Made by a program: the position numbers and the translations under genes. From Phaeosaccion multiseriatum (lineage: Eukaryota > Protista > Ochrophyta, other classes): a DNA stretch of 64,000 bases. Below the pieces are notes generated by a model that was not told the origin of the DNA, made no database searches, and saw only the letters and a list, made by a program, of their open reading frames with translations. This document shows positions 47,311-58,500 of the stretch, piece by piece. The DNA lies in NCBI GenBank assembly GCA_965112735.1, contig OZ218963.1, positions 3,264,160 through 3,328,159 of the forward strand, written 5' to 3'. How positions within the stretch are numbered: position 1 is the first letter of the stretch; each line of letters begins with the position of its first letter.

Positions 47311-49295
47311 ATGTTTATGTTTATCAGTAGGAGGGGATTAATGCTGCTGTCGCTTGTGGCGAATAGCGTGGCGCTCTCCTGCTGTTCAAGCATGGTGCTA
47401 ACCTCTCTCAATAGGCGTGGCGTGAGCGAGCAGAAAGGTCACCATAGATGGGAGACGGAGAGAGAGAGTCGAAGGAGAATGAGAGGCAGGAGGGGGCCCT
47501 TTGGACTCGTTGTGCAAAGGTGAGCAGTACTTTCCAATCGCTGTCCATGTCACCATTTCATTGATTTTGTCCGTCCCATCCCCCTTTTTTCGCATTTTTT
47601 CCTCGCGTCAGGGCCGGAGCGGCTGAGGTAGCAATAGGTAAGCCCGACCGGCACATTGCCGGCGTTCACTTGTGTCTTCTCCCCATCTCTCCCACGTCCT
47701 CTCTCTGTTGCTCCTCCTCCCAACTCTCAACGCCTGTCTCTTGTGCACTGTACCGTTTGCGGAGGCAGACAATAGCGCTGTGGGGCGCGTACCCGTGGCT
47801 ATGCGGACGGACAGCGGTATTTTGGAGAACGTTCTTGAGGTCGGCATGTCCGCGCTCTCTGGGTATGTGTACAAGCAAGCAAGCTCCTTGGTTGTTTTTC
47901 ACTCGCATCTGCCCGCCATTGGTGACCGAGCCCGCCGCCCATAAAAGCGTCCATCGGCCCTGCTGGGCCCTCTTCTTTTTGAAGCCTTCGACGGTCCATG
48001 CCCCTGGACGCCAATGCCCCCCCGCCCACCCCCTTCATTCAGGCATTACCTAACCGCCTCACCCCCTCCCTCCGTCAGTCATCATCTTACGCCTCTGGCG
48101 TGTGTTGTCTTTTCTCTCCTGTCTCTTGCTGTGCTGCTGCTTCTTTGTGTGCCCTGCAGCTGGATTAGCGGGTACATCTTGGGTTCAGTCATTGGCTTTG
48201 GCGGCGGGCTAGTGAAAGGGCCAGGCGCGGCGGCGGGAGCGGAGGCAGCATGTAAGACGATCTGCGGACCTCTTCGCGTGTCCGGGACCGTTGCCGTCCC
48301 TTCTTTCTCCTCAATCCTTTGTCTTTTGTCTCATCCCCCCTCCATCCATTCCCCTCTGCTTGGCACTTTCCTCTCTCTCTGGTTCTTCTGAAATCAATGA
48401 CCGTATCGTCCGCCCCGTCTATTTCTCGAAAGCTACCCTTCCTCTATCCCCACACATTGGTTGGTCTGCCACGCATACAAGCACGACTCTCTGACTCTCT
48501 CACACTACCCCTCCTACCTCTCTCTCCAGCCAATGCAGTGAAAGGCCGCCTCGGGGCGGCTCGTGCGGCGGCCGGGCGGGAGGCAGGGAAGTGGGCAGGC
48601 ATCTCCAGCACCTTCTCCTTCTTTGGAACGGCGACGAGAGTAGTGAGGAGAAAGTGAGTTCCCCGTTCACTTTGGACTTCTTGCTTTCCTCAAAGCCTTT
48701 AGTATTGTGGGCTTTCGCGCTCCTAACCCTTTTCCGACATGCATGCATATGCGGTGACTGATGATGTCACTGACTCCCCCATCCTTCCCCTAACGGGCGC
48801 CTTGCGTTTATGTGTGGGTGCGCAGGGAGGATAAATGGAACAATGTCATTAGCTCATGTGGAGCGGGTGCACAGCTCAACAGGTGAGGAGAGCCCCTCTA
48901 TCTTCTGTGGGGTGTAGGTTACGGTCTGCCGCCCGGGAAAGCAAAAGCAGGGGCGCTCAGCCAACACACCCCTGGAGCGGCACATAGAAGTGAAGGAGGG
49001 ATGTTCTGATCCTCCTAGACCACGCTCGTGTGCTGGTTCCCGGTTCCCGGTTCCCTTGTTCCCCTCTTCGTCTCATTCCAAGCCCCTTTTTTTGTCTACA
49101 CCCCTCTCTGCGTGTATGTATGTGCTTGTCTCTGTCTCTCCGCGTATGTACGTATGTGTATGTGTGCCCCACAGGGGTAAGGGAGCCCAGGGTATGTTGA
49201 ATGGTTGCGCGAGCTACTCCATCTTCACATACTTCATAGAGGAGTTCCTGTCTCCGGCAGCCAAGGTGGGCGACGACTCAGCATACACAGGTTAG
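47311..49295 (+). CDS. Tim17/Tim22/PRAT-family membrane protein with N-terminal signal-like extension
   Basis: Gly-rich TM SWISGYILGSVIGFGGG, and RRKEDKWNNVISSCGAGA..GMLNGCASYSIF (PRAT motif). The exons join in phase back to MFMFISRRGLMLLSLVANSVAL. Confidence 0.7.
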
Positions 49296-49702
49296 ACAGA
49301 GCGCATATGCCTCTACCACAGCACGAAGGATCGAAGAACAATTAGGTGGGGTCTGTAGCAAGTGTAAGGCCAAGGCAGCCCCTTGCGCCGTCCTCATCTC
49401 TTGTCTCCTACGCTGCCATGCTGTCTTCCGTCTGTCTCTTTTGTCAGTTAAACCAAATTCAGAGCCCGCGCCGAGCAAGTCGACCAAAAAGGGCAAGGCT
49501 TCACGACAGTGAGGGGTGGGCAGAGGAGAGCGTTAGGCTGCTATACAACAGAGAAAGGACACAGTAGTATAGAAAACAGCGGTTTTGGAAAGGTTTTTGG
49601 GGGGCCTTGTTTGGGCCCTCAGCAGGGCCCCCTTTCCCTCGACGGGTAGAGAAGGGTGGCAGTGTTTATGTATGCAAGAGAGAGAGGAGAGGTGATGCAC
49701 AC

Positions 49703-50180
49703 CGGACGGGCTCGGTCGCACCCTGGGGTGAGAGCAATGCGTCTCACCCCCCCCCCCCCCACCCGTCTTAAATTATAAATTCAAGCCACCCATCCTATAG
49801 AAAGAAGAAGGGGGGAAATTACGAAGAACATTTCTGATCTCCGTAAACACGAAGGAGGAATCCCTACCAGAGGAGCCACAGGGGCAAGAGGCTCGTCTTG
49901 CTTGCATAGGCCTCCTTTGTGTTTATGGAGGCCAGGCGACTAGGTGCTTGGGCGTTGAAGTGGAGCGCCACAGAAGGATTTACCTTCCTTCCAGCAGGAG
50001 GGGAGAGCGAGGAGGACTCCACAGGCCGGAGGCCCTCCTGACAAACACGGTGAGCAGAGACGACGAGGGAGACGGAGGGGGGGACCGAGGGGGGGAGGGC
50101 TTCTGTGTTGTATATGTTGGTGGTGGGGGGGGGTGATACGCATATTGCGTCTCACCCCAGGGTGCGACCGAGGACGTCCG
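49703..50180. mobile_element. ~480-bp non-autonomous element E with long imperfect TIRs
   Basis: CTCGGTCGCACCCTGGGGTGAGA (49711-49733) and its exact reverse complement (50150-50172). Imperfect pairing extends about 60 bp, including the C-run/G-run. It lies between convergent genes. Confidence 0.7.
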
Positions 50181-50270
50181 TGATGCGCAGGCGAGGCGGA
50201 AACAAGTGGAATATGGAATATGGCGTCGTTTATAAATGTATACCTGCTCCCCCCCTGCTTCTATATCACC

Positions 50271-51649
50271 TTAGCCTGGCATAAACACCCCCCCTCCCTG
50301 ATACATTTGTTGCTGTTGCTGTCGCTGCTGCTGTTGCTGGTGCCCTTGCTGAGGAATGAAGCTGTTGGTCCTCTTTTGCTTCTTCTTCTTCTGACCCGTG
50401 GAGCCCTGTCGCTTGTGCGAGCGAGGCTGCGGCTGCTGCTGATGGTAGTGCTGCTGGCCCACAGCCAGTCCCCCACCCCCGGCTTGTAGTCGCTGCTGTT
50501 GAGCGAATAAACGCTGTTGCTGTGAGCCGCTATCCTGAGGGTCCATCATACCCATGTGGTACTCCGTGCCTTCCCCGCCCTCTTCTCCAAACTCATCCTC
50601 TTGGTTTTGATACATCATAGCCTGTTGTTGTTGTTGCTGCTGCTGCTGCTGCTGCTGTAGAAGGAGCTGCTGCTGCTGCTGCTGCTCTTGTCGTTGCCGC
50701 AGGCGAGTGGTCACATGATCCCAGAACATTACACTGAGAGGTTGCGAATAAGAGAGAGAGAGAGAGAGGGAACAAGAAAAGGGGTGGCCGTAGCAGCACC
50801 AAGAGTACGGAGAGTTAATTTGGAACTGTGAGTGTTACATTGTGTGAGCAACACAAGGCTTGACTGCATCTTCCCATGAAACAAACGGACCTGCTCTGAC
50901 TGAATATTCTATCCTTGAGGTCGACGTTGCGCTTCTGCGGCTGGCCGAGCTTATTGTCAAGAAAACCATCCCACCCCTTGATGGTATTGCCGTGAGACGT
51001 GTCCTGGAGGTAAGTTTCCTCCTGAGAGCAAAGCGTTGGGAGAGGGCAGCAGAGAAAGAGGACAGGCGAGGCAGACTCAGAAAGGGTTGTAAAAATGAAA
51101 TGCCGAAGACGCTTTGTCCCCTCTCCAAGTCTGTCAAGGTCTACCACTAGTCTACCAATGGTCTGCCAATGGCTCTGGGCAATGTCCAAGCCCAATTCCA
51201 GGCGTTCTCTCTGCTGGTTAACCAGCAGCAACAGGACACACTTTCAGAGGGGGGGAAAGGTCGCTCGGGTTTGCTCGGTCACTTCCCGAACATCCTCCAA
51301 CTTACCGCCTCCAAGATATCCCTCTCTATGGCAGCCAACCTCTCCTCAACGTCCTGCTTATGCTCAATGAGAGCACGCATCTCCTCAGAAGAGGGAGCCT
51401 ACGTTGCACAGGGGTGGGAGACGATTAACTTATGCTTCTCTCTCCTTATTGACCTGCGTGACTTACCCCTCCAGCCCCAACGACTGCGCTGACGGATCCA
51501 GTCGGCACATACGTCATGCCTTCTTTGTCCTCCCCATACTGCTGCTGCTGCTGCTGGTGCTGATGCTGGTGCTGGTGCGGGTGCTTGAAGCCCCCTGTCG
51601 CCACTGCTGCAGTCGCTGCACCCCCCCCTCCAATCGAGTTGAATGCCAT
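50271..51649 (-). CDS. EAF6: NuA4 histone acetyltransferase subunit Eaf6/MEAF6-like
   Basis: LIEHKQDVEERLAAIERDILEA|EETYLQDTSHGNTIKGWDGFL..DRIFSQS, with Q-rich extensions. Confidence 0.85.
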
Positions 51650-52460
51650 TCGCAAACGCACTCCTCTCTCCCTCTCAATTGCGAAGGACGACTCCTTAAT
51701 GGCAAGAGAAGGCCGTGGAGGGTTCGAAGGGAAGAGAGGGGGGAAGAGAGCAAAGGTCCTGATTTGAGAATCGGGGACCCGAAAGTCTCACCGAAAAACC
51801 ATCTGGAAATGAAACTCCAAAAAGCTCAGGCCCTTTCAGGAGGCACATTCAAAAACTGTTCATGACGAGGGTTTCCGACCTTAGTCTGAGCGGGTTTCCG
51901 AGACTGTATGCACACTGAGTCTGGGGAGGCCCAAAGTCTCACCCTTACGTAAGGCAAAAAGAGACGTGACCCCTAATATTAAGGGGTGTGTCGGTTCGGA
52001 GGGTTCACACCGGGGTTCTAATCGCGATTGGCATTTGACTTGGTTTAAGTATAGAAAAACGGCATGATGATTACGTAAGGCCCATGCCAATCGCTCTCTC
52101 TGTCCCCCTTCCAACTATCTCTCTCAGCTTCCTGTGATCACGAGAGACGTGAGAGTCAGTAGCTGCGATGGCCCCCCTTTGGCGTCGTCTCCTGTTTGTG
52201 ACATTGTAAAAGTTCTCGGGTGTTGCCAGGCCGAGGACGCGAGTTGCCATCCCCTGTGGTCTCTGAGACTCTTCGTCATTGTTCTGGTATGTGTAGCTCA
52301 TGTCTGTAAATGTGGACAAACAAGTCAAGTCGGTAATGTGTGAAATGATGTAAAATGAAACGTTCGAGGATTACTATTATGTAGATGGCACTATACGATC
52401 TCCCTACACACAGTAACTATCACGTCCACCCGAGAGTTTCATGCTCTTAGGAAGGAGAAA

Positions 52461-53603
52461 ATGGCAGAGAACTGTTGGGTACTACTGGCAAAGGCGATTC
52501 CCGTCTTTTACGGTGTGCTCGTTTTGTTGAGCATGTTCGCGAACTTAGTTACTGGAGAGAAAGGGAGGACCTTTAGACGGGCTGCGTTTTACTTGACCAA
52601 CTCTTTTTCTATTCTTACTTTAATTGATGTGCTGTGCGTCGTTCAGTCCACTCAATTGTTCAGCATGGTGACCGAGACGAAGGGCATCATCCATACCGCA
52701 AAGGAGGAGTTAAGTAATGATATAACCGATAAGATCACTGCGACAAAGGGGGAGTTGAGTGATGAAATGCAGAGAAGCATCACTGCGACGGAGCAGCAAA
52801 CTTCGGTATTGTCCACACAAATGGCATCCTTGCAGGACCTGCTGTCGGAAAAGCCAGCCTTGATCGCTATTTCAAATGCCGTAAGAGAGGCCGTGGGGCG
52901 TTCCGGGGCGGAGCAAGACGATCCTATCGACTTGGAACATGATGAAGGTTTTCTGATATTGAAGGAATCAATCCTCACCCTGTGCCGCGAGACAGAGTGT
53001 CACAGACTCGTGGACTCTGAGGAACTCTCTGTGAGTAAGGTATTGGCCTTTCTCGGAGAAGACCCCGCTACGGTCGTAGATCGACTCAAGACGTTTTGCA
53101 CGTATTGGGAAGACAGGGTTCCGAAGCCGTCCCACGACAGCAATTTCAGGTGGACCAGGGACCACCCGGAAAACGAGAGCCCGCTCAGGGCACTCCTTAC
53201 GCGCGAACCAACTCGAACAATTGAAACGATTGCAAGAACTCTTGCCCTCCAATGGACTCATCCCGACATTATTTCTAGCATCAGGAGCCGCGATTTCATC
53301 GTTCCCCTGGTATGTTTAAGCAATCTATCACCAGAGTCACGTGATCGATGCATGGCAATCGTGGATAGTTGTAGGGACCTGTCAGGGTTATGGGATCCAA
53401 CTGAAGCTCCTTGTGGACCAGAGAGTCAAGCCATGGTGGCGTTCCTTTCCATGAGGGGGTTCGTTGAGAACCGTTCGTGGTGTGCATGGGTAAAAAGTCT
53501 TGTCGGCGAGGCTGTATGGAACCATGGCGTTGCCAATGCGATTCCCATGAACCATTCAGGATGCCGAAAAGATGATCTCATGTTCTTAAGTCAATTATTA
53601 TGA
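52461..53603 (+). CDS. Intronless 380-aa hypothetical protein (two N-terminal TM helices, coiled-coil repeat)
   Basis: Long, non-repetitive ORF with ATG and stop, two hydrophobic segments, and a 15-aa periodic TAKEELSNDITDKI/TATKGELSDEMQRSI. No recognisable family. Confidence 0.6.
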   Translation: MAENCWVLLAKAIPVFYGVLVLLSMFANLVTGEKGRTFRRAAFYLTNSFSILTLIDVLCVVQSTQLFSMVTETKGIIHTAKEELSNDITDKITATKGELSDEMQRSITATEQQTSVLSTQMASLQDLLSEKPALIAISNAVREAVGRSGAEQDDPIDLEHDEGFLILKESILTLCRETECHRLVDSEELSVSKVLAFLGEDPATVVDRLKTFCTYWEDRVPKPSHDSNFRWTRDHPENESPLRALLTREPTRTIETIARTLALQWTHPDIISSIRSRDFIVPLVCLSNLSPESRDRCMAIVDSCRDLSGLWDPTEAPCGPESQAMVAFLSMRGFVENRSWCAWVKSLVGEAVWNHGVANAIPMNHSGCRKDDLMFLSQLL

Positions 53604-54137
53604 ATACATCATTCGGACGAACAAAACTCGTTTGTAATGATAACTATGCGACTCGAGACCGCCCTTGCGACCTTCTTCCCTTGCCCCCACCCTTGTGTGT
53701 CCCCCACGCACACCGGTGCAGCCATGTGTCAAGCGGATCTGCAATGCAAGCTCTCTACCATTTTTCTAAGAGGTACGACATACAGTACTACGTGCGACAC
53801 AAAGCTGGAAAACGAAAAATGTAACGTCACCCTCTGGACGTAAGCATGATGTAGCACCAGCCATTTGTGATATCAAAGGAAATAATCATAATCACGCAAG
53901 TGATACATAGCTTACCATGGTTTAGGATTCTTTGAGAGGGGGCAATGAGGAGAGCGGAGATGGAGGAATGCCCGCAGCATTCACCACAGATGATGGCAAG
54001 TTTTCTGTCGCTCTTTTTGCTTAGTTTAAGAGGATGGAAACTTAGGGGTGTTATTCTCTCACACCAGATGGGGCCCTTTGGTTGTGAGGTGCCATCTTTA
54101 GGTCTCAGACCGAATTTTGACGAACGATGACGGTTTG

Positions 54138-54231
54138 ACTTGATTAAAGTATAGAACTAATACAAACGCTTACACTTTTTTGGGACATCGACCTTTAACT
54201 CACGTTCCAAAAAAGTATACTTTAATCAAGT
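54138..54231. repeat. Nested inverted repeat (16-bp outer stem, 13-bp inner stem)
   Basis: Outer ACTTGATTAAAGTATA / TATACTTTAATCAAGT is perfect; inner ACTTTTTTGGGAC / GTTCCAAAAAAGT has 1 mismatch. Confidence 0.75.
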
Positions 54232-54288
54232 GCTTAGTACATGCTCGTGCCACCCCGAACCACGAAAATCCGCGCTTGCGGGAGCCCG

Positions 54289-54838
54289 TTCTCACCATAT
54301 CTGCCTGGGCCTGGGCCATTGACATATGGACCATCTAATCTGAGGCCTTCCAACAGCATCGCCCGCCTCCTTCTACAGAGGGATGCCGATACGGAGTCGG
54401 CCGCCAACGACGGGCGTCGGGCCATCCACATGATATGAGAGAGTAAGCCTGCCAGCGCATTTCCGATTCTTAGGGCACTTATCGTGTTTGGTGCCAGTGT
54501 CTGCGCAGTAGGTACCACGGGGTTCTCTGCTGTACACTTACGTGCTGCAGGAGGGACAGCAGATGTCTCTGACTGGTGCGTATGTTAACACACCTGCACT
54601 CTCGCCATTCCCCAGTATGCCACTCCACCAGGGTGTTTCCCACAACGATGTGTTAAGAGTCACGTTGAGGACGAGAAGAAAGGATAAGGCAACAACAAAC
54701 CCAACGCCAGCCTGGTAGCCAGCCTTGTCTCTATTAGCTTCATCCACGAGCCATCCCGAACAATCAGCCTGCTGGGAGTGAGCGATAAACAGGCCACTCA
54801 CCGTTTCTCACCGTATCTGCCTGGGCCTGGGCCACTGA
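54289..54838. repeat. 34-bp direct repeat pair, 516 bp apart
   Basis: TTCTCACCRTATCTGCCTGGGCCTGGGCCAYTGA at 54289-54322 and 54805-54838 (32/34 identical). Confidence 0.8.
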
Positions 54839-55586
54839 AACAATACTGACATTCAACAGATGACGACGTCATTAAAGTTCTTCTACGCAATTGCTACGGC
54901 TACCGAGACGCGGTTGCCAGCCCTTGCACATGGGGGAAGACAAAGCCACCGGTCCCGGTGTGGCCCTCGAACGTCAAACCTCCCACCCTCGCCGCTTCTC
55001 ATCGGAGCTGCACAGGCCCATCAGCCATGTACGCCAGCTACGACACGGGAGTTGGGTGGGCTGCCCCACGGGAGCGATACACACCTGATCGGCGAAGATG
55101 ACAGCAAGACGGTGGGTGAAAATCGAGGGATGGAGGGACCCGGCAACTGCTCAGACCTCGAACATACCCCTTCCTCCAGCCCCCGTCGCTGTTCGATAGG
55201 ACTCCACGCTAAGGAAGGACAGCGACCCACCCCGGGGCCTCACCCTCTGCCAAGCAGTTCACCAACGCTCACCTTCATTGAAGTTTCTGAATACTGTGAG
55301 ATTCATTTCGCTGGGGAAGAGCGAAGAGCGTGCAAAGAGCAAGCAGACGAGGAGTGTCACGAGTGTAAGCGAAGGTTCACCGACGCAAGAATAGGCGAGA
55401 TGGGAAGTTGCTGACGCACACCTGTAAAATATTGTCCTGGTAGCATACTAAGCACGTTGGATAGGTCACAAAATATAGTCTTCCACTAGGGTTTACACTG
55501 CACCTGCTCCTGTTCACAGAAGACACTCTGGGCAACAACCTAAAACCTACCCTGTCGTAACACTACCGTATAAAGCAGGGCAATGG

Positions 55587-58500
55587 TTAGGGTTAGGCCA
55601 GGGCCAGGGCCAGGCCAGGGCCAGGCCAGGCCAGGCCAGGCCAGGCCAGGCCAGGCCAGGCCAGGCCAGGCCAGGCCAGGCCAGGCCAGGCCAGGCCAGG
55701 CCAGGCCAGGCCAGGCCAGGCCAGGCCAGGCCAGGCCAGGCCAGGCCAGGCCAGGCCAGGCCAGGCCAGGCCAGGCCAGGCCAGGCCAGGCCAGGCCAGG
55801 CCAGGCCAGGCCAGGCCAGGCCAGGCCAGGCCAGGCCAGGCCAGGCCAGGCCAGGCCAGGCCAGGCCAGGCCAGGCCAGGCCAGGGCCAGGCCAGGCCAG
55901 GCCAGGCCAGGCCAGGCCAGGCCAGGCCAGGCCAGGCCAGGCCAGGCCAGGCCAGGCCAGGCCAGGCCAGGCCAGGCCAGGCCAGGCCAGGCCAGGCCAG
56001 GCCAGGCCAGGCCAGGCCAGGCCAGGCCAGGCCAGGCCAGGCCAGGCCAGGCCAGGCCAGGCCAGGCCAGGCCAGGCCAGGCCAGGCCAGGCCAGGCCAG
56101 GCCAGGCCAGGCCAGGCCAGGCCAGGCCAGGCCAGGCCAGGCCAGGCCAGGCCAGGCCAGGCCAGGCCAGGCCAGGCCAGGCCAGGCCAGGCCAGGCCAG
56201 GCCAGGCCAGGCCAGGCCAGGCCAGGCCAGGCCAGGCCAGGCCAGGCCAGGCCAGGCCAGGCCAGGCCAGGCCAGGCCAGGCCAGGCCAGGCCAGGCCAG
56301 GCCAGGCCAGGCCAGGCCAGGCCAGGCCAGGCCAGGCCAGGCCAGGCCAGGCCAGGCCAGGCCAGGCCAGGCCAGGCCAGGCCAGGCCAGGCCAGGCCAG
56401 GCCAGGCCAGGCCAGGCCAGGCCAGGCCAGGCCAGGCCAGGCCAGGCCAGGCCAGGCCAGGCCAGGCCAGGCCAGGCCAGGCCAGGCCAGGCCAGGCCAG
56501 GCCAGGCCAGGCCAGGCCAGGCCAGGCCAGGCCAGGCCAGGCCAGGCCAGGCCAGGCCAGGCCAGGCCAGGCCAGGCCAGGCCAGGCCAGGCCAGGCCAG
56601 GCCAGGCCAGGCCAGGCCAGGCCAGGCCAGGCCAGGCCAGGCCAGGCCAGGCCAGGCCAGGCCAGGCCAGGCCAGGCCAGGCCAGGCCAGGCCAGGCCAG
56701 GCCAGGCCAGGCCAGGCCAGGCCAGGCCAGGCCAGGCCAGGCCAGGCCAGGCCAGGCCAGGCCAGGCCAGGCCAGGCCAGGCCAGGCCAGGCCAGGCCAG
56801 GCCAGGCCAGGCCAGGCCAGGCCAGGCCAGGCCAGGCCAGGCCAGGCCAGGCCAGGCCAGGCCAGGCCAGGCCAGGCCAGGCCAGGCCAGGCCAGGCCAG
56901 GCCAGGCCAGGCCAGGCCAGGCCAGGCCAGGCCAGGCCAGGCCAGGCCAGGCCAGGCCAGGCCAGGCCAGGCCAGGCCAGGCCAGGCCAGGCCAGGCCAG
57001 GCCAGGCCAGGCCAGGCCAGGCCAGGCCAGGCCAGGCCAGGCCAGGCCAGGCCAGGCCAGGCCAGGCCAGGCCAGGCCAGGCCAGGCCAGGCCAGGCCAG
57101 GCCAGGCCAGGCCAGGCCAGGCCAGGCCAGGCCAGGCCAGGCCAGGCCAGGCCAGGCCAGGCCAGGCCAGGCCAGGCCAGGCCAGGCCAGGCCAGGCCAG
57201 GCCAGGCCAGGCCAGGCCAGGCCAGGCCAGGCCAGGCCAGGCCAGGCCAGGCCAGGCCAGGCCAGGCCAGGCCAGGCCAGGCCAGGCCAGGCCAGGCCAG
57301 GCCAGGCCAGGCCAGGCCAGGCCAGGCCAGGCCAGGCCAGGCCAGGCCAGGCCAGGCCAGGCCAGGCCAGGCCAGGCCAGGCCAGGCCAGGCCAGGCCAG
57401 GCCAGGCCAGGCCAGGCCAGGCCAGGCCAGGCCAGGCCAGGCCAGGCCAGGCCAGGCCAGGCCAGGCCAGGCCAGGCCAGGCCAGGCCAGGCCAGGCCAG
57501 GCCAGGCCAGGCCAGGCCAGGCCAGGCCAGGCCAGGCCAGGCCAGGCCAGGCCAGGCCAGGCCAGGCCAGGCCAGGCCAGGCCAGGCCAGGCCAGGCCAG
57601 GCCAGGCCAGGCCAGGCCAGGCCAGGCCAGGCCAGGCCAGGCCAGGCCAGGCCAGGCCAGGCCAGGCCAGGCCAGGCCAGGCCAGGCCAGGCCAGGCCAG
57701 GCCAGGCCAGGCCAGGCCAGGCCAGGCCAGGCCAGGCCAGGCCAGGCCAGGCCAGGCCAGGCCAGGCCAGGCCAGGCCAGGCCAGGCCAGGCCAGGCCAG
57801 GCCAGGCCAGGCCAGGCCAGGCCAGGCCAGGCCAGGCCAGGCCAGGCCAGGCCAGGCCAGGCCAGGCCAGGCCAGGCCAGGCCAGGCCAGGCCAGGCCAG
57901 GCCAGGCCAGGCCAGGCCAGGCCAGGCCAGGCCAGGCCAGGCCAGGCCAGGCCAGGCCAGGCCAGGCCAGGCCAGGCCAGGCCAGGCCAGGCCAGGCCAG
58001 GCCAGGCCAGGCCAGGCCAGGCCAGGCCAGGCCAGGCCAGGCCAGGCCAGGCCAGGCCAGGCCAGGCCAGGCCAGGCCAGGCCAGGCCAGGCCAGGCCAG
58101 GCCAGGCCAGGCCAGGCCAGGCCAGGCCAGGCCAGGCCAGGCCAGGCCAGGCCAGGCCAGGCCAGGCCAGGCCAGGCCAGGCCAGGCCAGGCCAGGCCAG
58201 GCCAGGCCAGGCCAGGCCAGGCCAGGCCAGGCCAGGCCAGGCCAGGCCAGGCCAGGCCAGGCCAGGCCAGGCCAGGCCAGGCCAGGCCAGGCCAGGCCAG
58301 GCCAGGCCAGGCCAGGCCAGGCCAGGCCAGGCCAGGCCAGGCCAGGCCAGGCCAGGCCAGGCCAGGCCAGGCCAGGCCAGGCCAGGCCAGGCCAGGCCAG
58401 GCCAGGCCAGGCCAGGCCAGGCCAGGCCAGGCCAGGCCAGGCCAGGCCAGGCCAGGCCAGGCCAGGCCAGGCCAGGCCAGGCCAGGCCAGGCCAGGCCAG

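Noticed and set aside
54234-55414. Small subtelomeric ORFs (94, 87 and 184 aa)
   Set aside because: No motifs or consistent exon structure, so not called as genes.
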